Source: Eledone cirrhosa (lineage: Eukaryota). From it: a stretch of DNA of 64,000 nucleotides. The notes beneath the pieces were generated by a model. The model ran no database searches. It saw only the letters and a program-made list of their open reading frames with translations, and had not been told where the DNA came from. Below are positions 39,597-52,304 of this stretch, piece after piece; the first letter of the stretch is position 1, and every line of letters starts with the position of its first letter. Where the stretch lies: positions 179,676,001 through 179,740,000 of the forward strand of contig OZ024742.1 in assembly GCA_964016885.1 (NCBI GenBank), in the 5' to 3' direction. The position numbers and the translations under genes were made by a program.

Positions 39597-39645
39597 ATGC
39601 AAATGAGATTAATCACCTCATTTACACAGACGAGAAAACTATATA
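39597..39645 (+). promoter_or_regulatory. Candidate octamer + TATA promoter upstream of the hammerhead (family A)
   Basis: ATGCAAAT at 39597-39604 and TATATA at 39640-39645. Same spacing at 21165-21172 / 21124-21129(-). Confidence 0.5.
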
Positions 39646-39691
39646 TTCTCGGCTGTTTTCAAGTCCAGCAGTCGCAAGCGGTAGGAGGGAT

Positions 39692-39731
39692 CGTCCTGAC
39701 GAAGGCCAGTTAAGCCTGAAATGCATAGACG
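39692..39731 (+). ncRNA. Minimal type I hammerhead ribozyme (family A)
   Basis: cgtc CTGACGA aggc-cagttaa-gcct GAAA tgca TA gacg. Confidence 0.85.
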
Positions 39732-42700
39732 GTTGTCCCCCTTGCTTCTGCTGGACATCACCAGAGGGCGTTAGCTTCCTAAAGCCGTACTTTTTTGGAG
39801 ATACAAAATTTCTATACATACTGTATAAAGCTATGCTTGAAGCGAAATCTTATTTCTCTTATATATATAAATATTTGCTCTACGGTTCTTATATATCTGA
39901 TATATATTTATCCTTTTCGAGCCCTCTTTGGATTTTAATCTTCAAATTTATTATTATTTCTATTTGGCTCCCTCGGTTGAGTACTCTATTGACTTATATT
40001 CAGAAACAACATCTCAATATTTCTACAAAGAACATACCCATACCAAGCAGGAAAATATACCTAAAACTCCTGATACAGAAAACAGACGCGTTATTTAAAA
40101 GGTTGCGTTGGCGTGCCTTTTATTTCGATAATCAGGGAAAAGCAGACAACAAACAGGATAAATTTGGGTTTAAAACCTATAATAACCCTCCGAGTAACCC
40201 AGCATTGATACCCTTCTAAAATGATGTCTTGGAACTCATACGGAGTATCAAATTTCGGTAAAAGAAGCAATTCCTTCCAGCAGGACCTGAAGAATAGAAT
40301 TCGTTCTATTAAGGATTCTAATGCCGTGCACGTCCACTCCGACAAAACTGGCAATCTATATCAAGTGGAGCGCAGTACTTACCATCAACTGCTACATAAT
40401 GCTGTAACTAAGGATTACCGTAAAACTAATCGGAGCGTCATTAATGAAATCAACGATGCTGGGTTTAAAATCACCTCTGATCTCAACATCCTGGACCGGC
40501 TTGAACCTCTGGACCCTATTTCTCCCCACTTTACCATGAAGGATCACAAATACAATTTCCCTAACAACACCTCTATTCGGCTTATTAACCCTACGAAGTC
40601 CGATTTAGGTAGACTTAGTAAAAGGATTTTTAAATAGAATTATACCTGAAATTAGAAGTTTGGCTCCTCTTGTACTGTGGAGCAATTCTTTCGCAGTGAT
40701 TGATTGGTTCAACGGCATATGCAACAAGGAACATTGCCGTTTTATCCAATTCGACATCAATAATTACTACTCCTCCATCATTTTACCACTTCTTAGAGCT
40801 ATCAATTGGGCTAAAACACTCACAGTTGTTAAGAATTTCGAAGTTGATGTGATCCTCAATGCCCGTAAGTCGGTGATTAATTTCGACGACTCTATTTGGA
40901 TTAAAAAATCTAATAGTACCCCATTCGACGTGAGTATGGGCGCCAGCGATTCTGCGGAGGTTACTGATCTTATCGGCCTTTTCTTTCTTTTCTCCATCAA
41001 GGAAGAATTCCCCAACGTGGGCGGTAGTTTGTACCATGATGACGGTCTTTTGACCATGACAAAGTGCGGCCCACGTGCTTGACAGGTTCAGAAAAGAACT
41101 CACAGCCTTCTTTAAAGGCTTCAACCTCTCCATACATGTTAATTACCTCTCCATACATGTTAATTACCTCGACATTACCCTCAATTTGTCGAATGGCTTG
41201 CACTACCCGTATAGAAAGCCGAATGATACGCTTAATTACATAAGTAAGCATTCTAACCATCCTGCCAGCATAACCAAGAACCCGGTAAGAAACGTTTCTT
41301 TGAGGCTTTCCCGTCTTTCTACAAACGAACATATTTTCAATGACCATTCCACATATTACTATGAAGCTCTTGCTCGGAGTGGATTTGTCGATAACGTAGC
41401 ATATACAGAGTACGAGAATAGACCTAGGAAAAATAGATCACGACGCATTATATGGTATAACCCACCATATAATATGGAGGCGGCCACACCATTAGCTAAG
41501 ATCTTTCTCCCCCTTATTATGAAGCATTTCTCCCAGCACATAAATATAGTAACATTTTTAATAGAAATACCATTAAAATTTATTAATCTACGACTCCTAA
41601 CCTTGCACATAACATCACAGCTTCAAACTTAGCTAAATTACCTAGACGTAGGAACACGTGCAATCCTGTAGCTAGTACTAACTATAATTGTAGGAATCGG
41701 GTTGACTGCCCCCTATCCGGGAAATGCCTCTCTAGTAGCATTGTCTACAAATCTAAGGTTGAAACACCCACGTCCCGTAAGGCCTACATAGGGTTAACTG
41801 CCAATAGATTCAAGCAGCGTCTTTACATGCATACCCATTCTTTTCTTAACCCTTTAAGAAGGAATATGATGTCACTTTCAGCTTATATCTGGAGTCTAAA
41901 AGACAACCACACCCAATATAAATTACACTGGGAGATCCTAGTTAAGGCTAGATCGTATAACGGAAATAAAAAACCATATGACCTCTGAGGCCCAGGAAAT
42001 ACACTACGCCAAAGACCACATCTTAAACAAAAAATCTGAGGCAATTTCGTCTTGTAAACATAAATTGCACAAAACTTTCCTGTATTACAGCCCCACATTA
42101 TACCCTAACGGATAGTACGAACTACACGCGGATATTTTACGCCTTGATGTGGTAGCTAAGTATATGTTATGTTTATACCATTACTTATTTGTATAGGTAA
42201 GTATATATTACCTGTATGTTTTGTGATGGTACGTATACTTTCTCGTACGTATATTTGCTTGTATATGTTATGGCGTATATATTATATATACTGGTACATG
42301 TGCATTTGGTTATGTGTATACGTGTGTTTTGCGTCTGTGTGAGTATGCGGGTTCGTACGTATGTAGGGTGTGTGTATATGTGTAATTTGTGTTTTGGTTG
42401 ACGTACGTCTGCGAACATATGTGTATTTACATGTAGGTATGTGTGTGCGCGCGTTATATACGTATTTATGTGTGTATATTTATATACGTTAATTTAATTA
42501 TGTATTACACGCACACGCACACACGCACACATATATATATTTTTATGTGTATTTGGTGTATACGTTCGTATGTGTGCGGGTACAGGCGTTGCGTGGGTTC
42601 TGTGTGTGCGTGCGTGTTTTTTTGTGTACGTGCTTGTATTTGCATACCCATGGCGAGTGTTTTCGCGTATGCTTGTGTATGTACGTATATGGATGCGTGT

Positions 42701-42862
42701 ATGTATATATTTAATTTCAATTACCTCTCTATTTTATTTACTTTATTCTTAACTCTGAAGCCGAAAATCATTCGGTTTCCTAAATAGAATTTTAGTCTAC
42801 GACTTCATTTATACCATAAATGTAATTTTGTCTTTGCGTGTAATTGTTTTCACCGCACCAAA

Positions 42863-43048
42863 TAATTGTTTCTACTTTAGGCACAAGGCCAGCAACTACC
42901 CAGTACATTACTGGTACTTTATTTTATCGACCCCGTAAGGATGAAAGGCAAAGTTAACCTCGGCGGGATTTGAACTCAGACTGTAAAGGGACGTAACTAT
43001 GCTAGAAAGCATGGCGTCCAACCCTCTACCGATACTGCCAATTCACCG
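42863..43048 (-). mobile_element. SINE family 1 inserted in the PLE 3' UTR
   Basis: Full match to the family motifs. Confidence 0.9.
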
Positions 43049-43193
43049 ACCATATAATGACGTATTATTATCTTCGTTTTTGTCAATTCTTTGCCAGGGA
43101 ACATTTCCACGAACCAAAGTATCGTCTTTCTGTCTTCCTTCGGTTGCAATGGTTTTGAAATATTTACTTCTGCGTGCATAGATTGACTTTTTT

Positions 43194-43244
43194 AGTTTCA
43201 GAAGATCCCGTTAAGGGTGAAAGCAGCGATTCTTTGCTTAAACT
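43194..43244 (+). ncRNA. Hammerhead motif in the PLE 3' region (core variant CAGAAGA)
   Basis: agttt CAGAAGA t ccc-gttaa-ggg t GAAA gca..tgc TT aaact. A more decayed copy lies at 46341-46391(-). Confidence 0.65.
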
Positions 43245-43580
43245 TTAATCTGTTATTTTAATAAATATTTGCTCTACGGTTCTTATATATCTGATATATA
43301 TTTTTTCCTTATCGAGCCCTCTTTGGATTTTAGTCTTCAAATTTATTATTATTACTATATATATGGGGGCGTTGATTATGTATGTATGTATATATATGTG
43401 TGTATATATGTATGTGTATATGTGTGTATGTATGTATATATGTATGTATCTATGTATCTATGAATGTATGCATGTTTGTATCTATGTTTGTACGTATGTG
43501 TGTGAATATCTGTGTGTATTTATGTTTACTGTTTTTCCTGTAAATTTGCAGTCCAATAAAAGAGATCACTGAAATAAGTA

Positions 43581-43622
<42 letters not shown>

Positions 43623-44156
43623 TACCGAGAATCGTATTTCGGCTTTGGAAATTAGCGAAAAACAACTTCCGAGATGTGTGGCAAGCGCTCAATAGATTCT
43701 AACGAACCAGAGCTACAACATACGTTAAAAGGCCAAACACACTGAGACGATGGTTAAACCATTATCCGCAGAGCCATAGAAACGACCAAGTAATTCGGGT
43801 CAAACAAATAAAAAAAATTTACCCGGACCCCTGGATGGTTGGTGAAAATCCAGCATTTGGGTTTCTGCGACTCCTAAATCAAGTACTGTCCGCTTAGACA
43901 AATAATGTTAAGCTTCTGGTAAAATGATTGAACAAGGAAGTCACTTTCTCAACAGGCTTTTAGTTCAAGTGCCAGGCCAAGGATTGGCCGTTACCAATAC
44001 CCACGTGCGGCTCGACAAGGGAGGCAACTCTTATTTTTGGCGGATGAATTCAGTATGTGTATATTATTGCAAAATTGCAAAATATCACAAAACGAATTAA
44101 GTTCTCAACAGAATGATTTTAAAGTTATGGCTTTAAGTTATATATATATATATAAT

Positions 44157-44255
44157 GTGAAGACTAAAATCCAAAGAGGGCTCGATAAGGATAAATATAT
44201 ATCAAATATATAAGAACCCTAGAGCAAATATTTATTAAAATAACAGATTAAAGTT
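44157..44255 (-). mobile_element. PLE pseudo-LTR fragment
   Basis: Reverse complement of 43240-43340. Confidence 0.8.
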
Positions 44256-44258
44256 ATG

Positions 44259-45720
44259 TAAGCACTACATCTCGATCTTCGCATTTCACAGGACTGAAGC
44301 TCCATCAAAGAGACAAGCTGGGAACAAAACGTGTCTAGCGATTGGCGACCATACCTGTTTACCGCCAAAGAAAAGTTGGACAAATCCTAGCCGCAGCGCA
44401 TGTTTGCGCACCATCAGCCACGACATACCCAGTCCCCCACGCATCAGGTGTGGAGCACGTGACAAAACGTATCTGCGCAGTCAGACGTGGACCAGGACAA
44501 GGCACGAGAGTCAGGCGGTAGTAGATGTCGGGCGCGATGTAAACGTTCGCCACCTGTCCCAACCTTTCAGGGATAGCTTCCTGTCGGTCCATTTCTGGGT
44601 GAGAATGGCTACTCCGCTCGTTACCAAATCCCAGACTCCGAGCAATTTAACCGGCGCACCCGTCTAGCGCCCGATGATGCTATTAGAAAGCATAGACCTG
44701 TCTCCCTAAGTGTCATGTTGCAGGCCAACCGACATTTCCTGATTAATTTCTGTTCCTATTATAGCTTCGTATTCTTTGTGCGCGGTGTCGATCATCTCAA
44801 TGTGTTTGGTGTTCGATACCACTACGGGGACGTCTTCGGCGTATGCTGACACGGATCTACTATATTTCAGTCTTCGTGGGACGCCCCTTATCGTCTCCAA
44901 TTTGTGTAGTAGTCGCTCTAAAGTCAATACATACAATGGGGATGAGAGGGAATAACCTTAGTGGACCGTGCACATGATGTTCAACGGTTCAGAGAGGTGA
45001 CCGTTAACGCTGATCACAGATCATTGCAGCGATCCAGCTTTCAATTGATCTTAGTTTGTTTGTGTCCCAAAGATCAGATTGTATGCACCCCCTGTACTCC
45101 ACCAGAGATGGGATTGTAACTTTGTTGCTGCTTTCTACTTCTGCCACCCTGGTCCAATGAACAGATTTTGACGCTTCATATTTTAGTGTGCGCGCCTTAG
45201 CACGACAACACATCCTTCAGGTTCTGCGTAGAGGGACATTCTCGTCGTTATCACGTTAGCTGGTGCCTTTTCTAAGGGCTGCTTCTAAACGGCTAACTAA
45301 TACTTTTTGTACTTTCCGGTTTTCTATATCAAAGTTTTTGCTAACGCTCACTGATAGCGCTCTAATTTTTCTTTTTAACGAAACCCATCACCTGTTGTTT
45401 ATGATAGGCCCTGTGAATTACCGTTTGACTAATTTACTATTCCGGTCCCTGAATTCTTTCCACACCAGGAAAAACGCATTCAGTTTCTAGAAACCAGGGT
45501 CATGTCTATTAGTTTGTTCTAAGTTGACTTTGCATGGTCACACATTTGTGGTCCGTATATCCCACTGCCTGAAACTGTTGACAATCCATTCTGATTCTAT
45601 CTGCAACTCTGATGAAAACTCCGGGATGACCCATTGCGATTTGTCCTAGTCCACAATGGTCATTTAGGAAATCCACTGTACCCGGATCGATCGCAAGAAA
45701 AATAAGCTTTGTAGTCGTCA
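44259..45720 (-). pseudogene. Old Tx1-type LINE ORF2, 5' part
   Basis: YVLTLERLLHKLE...SAYAEDV, VANVYIA..IYYRLTLVPCP, YTDHKCVT. Homologous to copy 2. Confidence 0.8.
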
Positions 45721-46314
45721 AGGAGCAGATCCAGTGTGCATCTTAGAAATTCTTAGACAATCTATTAGCAATGAATTGTGTGTAACCCAACCGATAACCA
45801 TTCTCCTGCAAAGGAATCTATCATTGATTTTTATGCACGGATACACATTAGAATATCTATGGACCTTTCATAGAAACGTTTACTTAATGTCTGTTCGACT
45901 TTTAAGTAGAAAATAAATTCTAGGATGAAGGAAGTTGAAATTTGGAAGTTGTAATCACCAAGAAGCAAAGTGTCGTTGTAATTTATTTTATGTACTACTT
46001 AGATCCGATATAGAATTTAACTAAATTTAACTGGTTTTTCTTCTAAACTTAATTTGCTAATGGAATCCTTCGAAGCAATCTGTTATTTAGACATTTGTTA
46101 AGTTAATGAGAAAATGCCAAAAAATTTTGCTTTTAAATCTAAATAATTGATTTATGTGTAATGCTATGGAGACTGAGATTTTCGGATGAAGGAGAAATTG
46201 TTAGTTTGAGTTTGGATCAGTCATGTTTTTTCATGTTCTTTTATTCTTTTACTGGTTTTGGCCATTAGACTAGGATCGTGATGGCATTTGTCGGTTCTAT
46301 AGACCCCAACATAT

Positions 46315-46940
46315 ATATATTTATTAAAATAACAGATGAAAGTTTAAGCAAAGAATCGCTGCTTTCACCCTTAACAGGATCTTTTGAAACTAAAAAAAAT
46401 CAACCTGTGAACGCAGAAGTAAATATTTCGAAAAACGTTGCAACCGAAGGAAAACAGGAATACGACACTTTGGTTCGTGAAGATGTTCCCTGGCAATGAA
46501 CGAACAAAAGCGAAGATAATGCGTCGTTATGGTGAGTTAAGAATAATGTAAATAAATTAGTTGAATGAAAATGACGAAGGTTATTAAAATCCTAAAAGTA
46601 ATAATAATTAAATATAACATACACACATCTATATACGTACATACACGTGCATACACGAAAACACACGCCCTGCATGCATATACATGCACGTACACATAAA
46701 CACGCGCACACGTACGTAAACCGGTGCGACACATATACCCGCACACATACGAACGTATACACCAAATACACATAAATATATGTGTGTATGTGTATACATA
46801 TAATTATATATACATATATAAATATACACGCATAAAATGCGTATTTAACGTACACACACACACCACATACCTACAGGTAAACACATGTTCACCAAACGTA
46901 CATATACCAAAACCCTATGTTCACATATACACACCATATA
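46315..46940 (-). mobile_element. PLE 3' UTR fragment (same family as 39867-43353)
   Basis: Reverse-complement homology to 42360-42750 and 43050-43270. Confidence 0.75.
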
Positions 46941-46950
46941 TATATATTAT

Positions 46951-48225
46951 ATGTAATGCTTAGAAACTGAGATGACTTCTAGCGCTCATAGCCATCTGCC
47001 AATGGGACAGTACCATTGGTGGAAATACCGCCTTGGCGTTCTATAGAGATTTTGTGGCGGGTAAAACCGTTGAACTTATTGGGGGGAGGACGAAAATTAA
47101 CTAGCCACTCTTTTCCATGGATATCTTTCGATGGATATCTTCCAGAAATCTCTGGCCTGGGAATGCTACAGGGTGCATTGTCAGTTTGCGATAAACTCTA
47201 CAGCCAGTCCTGTCCAAGATGCATGCAGAGTGATGAAACCATCCTGCACGCACTCGTCGAGTGTCCGAGTATTGCTGACTTGTGGGTTCACGTCGAGCAT
47301 CTGCTGTCACGTGTAGAACAGATCTCACTATCAGCTGAGTTCATCGTGAATATCGTCCCATTACCTTGCTTTAGCCGGGAATGAGAGGCTGTTTTTAACT
47401 GCCTACTGGCCACGGCGAAAAAGGTCGTGTAGTGGATAGGTTTGAAAGGGTTGAAGACAAACACCTTTCTATTCAGCAATGCCCTGGTTAACATTTTCAG
47501 GTTTCACTTGAAGAGGAAAATTAGGTTGGAGAGGGAAGTGCTATCTTCCAACCAGCTTGTTTAAAGGTGGATGAGAATGGTGAGTACGATTTGAATGAAT
47601 GGGCCTGTTCTGAGTATACGCTTGTAGATTGGAAGAGGACAAATGTGAGAGGGGGTACTTGCCCTAGCAGTGAGGATGGACGTGGCTTTTTTGTAGGCTT
47701 TCTCCACGAATGATTCGGAAGTTTTCCTATTGGGGATTTTGTTTTTGTTTAAATTTTTCATTGTTTTCTTTAAATCTTTTACACGTTAAAACACACACTG
47801 CATCATCCTCTGCCGTCATTAAGGTTTTCTTAATGTGAGACCTGTATGGCTCATAAAGAAACAACTATTATTGTTTTTATCGCTAAAGCAATTTGTTGAA
47901 AGGTGTGTGAAAGAGGCGAGAATATGTAAAAAAAGCGAGTGAATGAGCCTGCTCTGAGCGTGTGCCTGTAGATTGAGAGAGTACACCTGGGGAAGGGCAC
48001 TTGCCCTGGCGATGAGGGTGAGTGTGGCTTTCGTGGGCTATCTCCGCGAGCAACTCTCGGAAGACTCCCCACTATTGGGGAATTTTCTCTTGTTTTTATT
48101 CTTTTATTACATCTTTTAATTTTGTTTTATCCTGATTTTTACACGCAGAAACCCACAATGTACCGTCCTGTGCCGTCCTTAATGTATTTTTTATGTAAAC
48201 ACTTTGTGGTCAATAAAAAAATATT
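46951..48225 (+). mobile_element. Old Tx1-type LINE, 3' part, with a duplicated 3' UTR
   Basis: MDIFQKSLAWECYR, CPRCMQSDETILHALVECP. Segments 47540-47860 and 47890-48220 are tandem homologues. Ends tgtggtcaataaa. Confidence 0.8.
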
Positions 48226-48231
48226 ATTATT

Positions 48232-48430
48232 AGGTGGATTGGCAGTATCGGTAGAGTGTTGGACACCATGGTTCGCGGCATAGAGTTACGGCCCTTTACC
48301 TTCTGGGTTCAAATCCTGCCGAGGTTAGCTTTGCCTTTCATCCTTACGGGGGTCGATAAATAAAGCACCAGTAATGCACTGGGGTCGATTTAATTGCTGG
48401 CCGTATGCATATAGTAGAAATCATTATTAT
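48232..48430 (+). mobile_element. SINE family 1
   Basis: Full match to the family motifs. Confidence 0.9.
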
Positions 48431-48553
48431 TACTAGCAGAAAAACCGCCTTTCCGGTTTTCTGCTAGCATATGTAATGTGCATATTGGTATTATACGCAA
48501 ATATATATATGCATATATATATATAGGTAAATTGAAAAGTAAATTGACAATAT

Positions 48554-49175
48554 CTTCTTCTTCACCCACTTATTTCTGAGAGGGTCGTGGGGACACATTC
48601 CTTCTTAAACACTCCTTCCAGCGAGTCTATCAGAAGCAAACATCTCTAACTGATCCAGCTGGATCACAAAGTGTGACCAGCCAAACTCATGCATGTTATC
48701 CAAACATCTTGCTCAGGGTCTACCTCTGGGTCTCTTGCCGGTTGGTTTTGCCTGTAAAATGTGTTCAGCCATTCTTTCCTGAGATATTCTAACCACATGC
48801 TCATAATATTGGAGTTGTGATCTCTCAATTCGGAGAAGTAGCGGCTCTACCAGGAGTGACTCTCTGATCTCTGAGCTATGCACTTTATCGAGTAACGTTA
48901 CTCCAAAGACCCTACGGGGAAACCCCATTTCTGCTGCTTGTATTTGCAATTGTATTATTTTGGTCATTACCCAAGATTCACGACCCTCGGTAAGGGTTGC
49001 CAGGAATACCAGGAAGACAGCGAGTTTGGCTTTTACACCTACCTCCCTTCTTCTGATTACTGAATGCTGAAGCTGGTGCATTACTGCATCAGCTTTTACA
49101 ATTCTTGCACTTAATTCAGCCTCTTGCCTTCCATCACTCACGAACATGGCTCCGAGATACTTGAACTTCTCTATG
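48554..49175 (-). mobile_element. RTE-clade LINE 3' fragment
   Basis: ORF 48713..49147: ESWVMT..IQAAEMGF.RRV.G, RIERSQL, GKRPRGRP; (GAA)n tail. Confidence 0.85.
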
Positions 49176-49399
49176 CTTCAGTAGAACTCCATTCACATGT
49201 ATATAAATTTGAGGGACTTCTGTCCATCAGTCCGTCATACAATGTGTGTGTGTGTTTACGTGAATGTATGTGTATGTAAAATGACGGAAGGGGATACGCA
49301 CATATATATGTCTCTAACTTAAAAACGGTGACACACACACACGTATCTCTAATTTCAGAACGCCGATAAACACACGCGCGTGCACATGCACACACTGTC

Positions 49400-50140
49400 C
49401 TACTACCACTTAAGAGCTTTGGCCCGGGCATTCATCCCCTCAACTTTAGAACTGTCTGGGTTGTCCAGAATTGATGGGAAATGACCTGACAGTCTTACCT
49501 TGTGCCCCTGGTCAAGAGGCAGATGCCTTATCTGAGACATCACAGTTAGTGACTCTTTTGCTTCTTCCCACATCCAGGATGAAGTGGTAAGGGCGACAGC
49601 TACAGCATCTGCAGCTGAACGGAACAAAATCCTAAAATACCATGTTCTGTCAGCTAACTATATTATCCAGCCTGTGGCGTTCGAGACATTTGGGGAGTCG
49701 GGATACTGACAGCGAGGTTCTTATCTTTACTGGTGGCTCGCCAAACAGAGGTAACTGCTGATGCTTGTGAGGGCACTTGGTTGTTCCAGCACCTCAGCCT
49801 CGCCTTCACCTGAGGTAATGCTGCAAGCGTGTTGGCTTGCCTCAAAAATCATTAAAGATTTCCCAGTGCTCCTCGCTATATTGTTATCTTTTGGTCTGGT
49901 AGCGGTTCTTTTGTCCACCCCTTTCACCTGCATTTTGTTCTATGTGGTCCTAGATGTGTGTATTACCTGCTTGTGTGTTTTTTCTTTTTTTTTCTCCTTT
50001 CGCTTTCATTTGTATATATTATATTTGTTTGTGTTTTCGTTCTGTAGGCATTATATTATTATATTTTTATGCAACTGTACCTGTAACAACAAATGAGTTT
50101 TAAAAAAAGAATTAAACTGTGCTGTTAATAAATAAATAAA
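49400..50140 (+). mobile_element. CRE-like LINE 3' fragment (restriction-like endonuclease)
   Basis: DGK*PDSLTLCPWSRGRCLI*DITVSDSFASSH...WLFQHLSLA...GNAASV; AATAAA repeats at the end. Confidence 0.7.
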
Positions 50141-50616
50141 AAGTTGTTCTTCATTTTACCCTCCCATTTCCAATTTATCGAACGCTGCTATCATGACTAT
50201 GTGTATATGTGTTTGTATAAATGTATATATGTGTTTGTGTGAATGTAAGTATGTGTTTGTGTGAAAGTATGTGTATTTGAGTGATTGTATGTCCGTGAGT
50301 GTGTATTTTTGTAAGTTTGTCTGTGTTTGGGCGATTATAGTTATATTAAGGCCTCCTTATTAACCATGGTCAAGGGTGACCATGGTTAGTATCTGGTTGT
50401 CAGCTCAGCTGGAGCAGCGTCTGCGGTGGCTAAACAGACCTATACATGAGTGACAGTCTCTGTCACATCAAACACATCTGTATATGGCCTCTGGTCTGTT
50501 GGATTTATTGCGCTCCTTTCGCAGGCTCACCTGTCTGCTGCTGCAGTCATCAAACTATCCACCCCCAATTATAGTTATATATTCATACATATAAATGTAT
50601 GTATATGCACAAAGAC

Positions 50617-50653
<37 letters not shown>

Positions 50654-50666
50654 AACACACACACAA

Positions 50667-50732
<66 letters not shown>

Positions 50733-51134
50733 GTCACATAGTCTCTTTATCTGTATCTCGCTCTGTCTATAGATATTGTTTCTACTTTTGGCACAAGGCC
50801 AGCAATTATCTAGTACATTACTGGTACTTTATTTTATCAACCCCGTAAGGATGAAAGGCAAAGTTAACCTCGACGGGATTTGAACTCAGAAGTTGAAGTG
50901 GTGCTGGTAGCGATATACCGGAAGTGCTGAAATTTGAAACTTTCAGGAGAAGTGAATCTTGAAATAAGCAATAAAATTATTTATGTTTAATCAAGAGGTA
51001 CGAAATTTAGTATATAAACGATGTAATATTCATTTATTTTTTATTCAAAGTAATCCAACTTATTTTGCTAATGGGATAAAAAAACATAAACTGGACACTA
51101 TCCCGCACTCCTCCCTTTATTATAGTTAGATTAT

Positions 51135-52030
51135 TTCTATTAATATTTCCATAATTATTTTCATTGCACATCACTACTGCTTTACCGAGCACAACTCTGT
51201 GCACCTTGGGTATGACCAGTGTAGGTTTTGTTGATGATGTTACTATTGTATTGATAGTACTTTTCGTAATATGTGTGCAGTGCCTAGTAGTGCTATCTTT
51301 TGTATGCTGTTTATATTTGTAAGTCGTGGGGTTTTGGCAATGTATTTGTCTGTGTGTTATTCATCATTTCTAGAGCACCTATTATTATAGGTATTGTTTC
51401 TGTTTTCAATTTTCACATTCAAGTTATTTCTAACTATAGATCTTTATATTTGGAGAGTTTCTCTATTTTCTCGGAAGATATATTGTCGTCTGTGAGGATT
51501 GATATATCTATTAGAAGGCATTTTCTTTCTTTGTGGTCTTTGACTATAATATCTGGTCAGTTAGCCTTGATCTCTGTCTGTATGTATTGGCATATCCCAG
51601 AGAATGGTTGCTTTGTCATTCTCTGACACTTTTTCATGTGTGTGTTTGTACCACTGGCATAATTTCCAGTGTATGAAGATCCCAGCTTTATCTTGCCTGT
51701 GGATATATTCTTTTTTTGGCTAGAGCTGACCATCCAGAGACTATGAGGTTTAATGTTTCTTCCCTATCTCCACATATTCTACAGTTACTTATAGTGCTTA
51801 TTTCATTATGTATTTCTGTTAGTTTCTGTTGAGTAGACTCTGGTCCTACACTGCAATTAGAAATCCTTCCATCTCAGCTTTTAGTCAGTGCTTTGGAGCC
51901 AGTTTTGTGTGTTTTCTTTGTCTACTTCCTTTCTATTTAACTTCTTTTGGTATTGGCCATGTAAGAATTTCTCTTGCCATCGTTTTAATATGGCTTATTA
52001 TTATTATTGTGGCATTTGTTTCCTTTCTGT
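51135..52030 (-). mobile_element. R4/Dong-type LINE 3' fragment (restriction-like endonuclease)
   Basis: EGFLIAV*DQ, IQTEIKAN*PDIIVKD...CLLIDISI, KLSKYKDL, PIIIGAL, LLGTAHILRKVL. Confidence 0.75.
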
Positions 52031-52188
52031 TTCCTTTATTAGCTTTTCCTCCATCTTCTGAAGAATTTCAGTGATTAAGGAAATAAAAGGAATAAATGTT
52101 GTAGGGAAATGTTGCATAAAATAATATGATTTGGCTTTTGCCTCTGATTTTAATATCACAAGAACGCTGCATGTATATGTATATATGT

Positions 52189-52304
<116 letters not shown>

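Larger units (their letters stand above)
39102..39860. mobile_element. Retrozyme-like family A locus 2: about 1.3 units followed by about 1.25 units in inverted orientation
   Basis: Unit period about 296-298 bp. Orientation flips at about 39487. The left unit has lost the CTGACGA segment. Confidence 0.8.
39867..43353 (+). mobile_element. Decayed near-full-length Penelope-like element (Hydra-clade-like) with direct pseudo-LTRs
   Basis: STKNIPIPS..YLK.LI.K...KRLRWRA, SDKTGNLY, RLINPTKSDLG, IQFDINNYY, FDVSMGASDSA, LYHDDG, NYLDITL, SNHP, WYNPPY, GIY-YIG remnant. A repeat of about 90 bp occurs at 39867-39958 and 43261-43353. Confidence 0.9.
48434..51130 (-). mobile_element. Helitron-like family H copy interrupted by nested LINE and SINE insertions
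   Basis: 3' end ctagcagaaaaacc...ggttttctgctag at 48434 matches 28353. 5' end tctaactataataaag at 51130. Confidence 0.5.
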
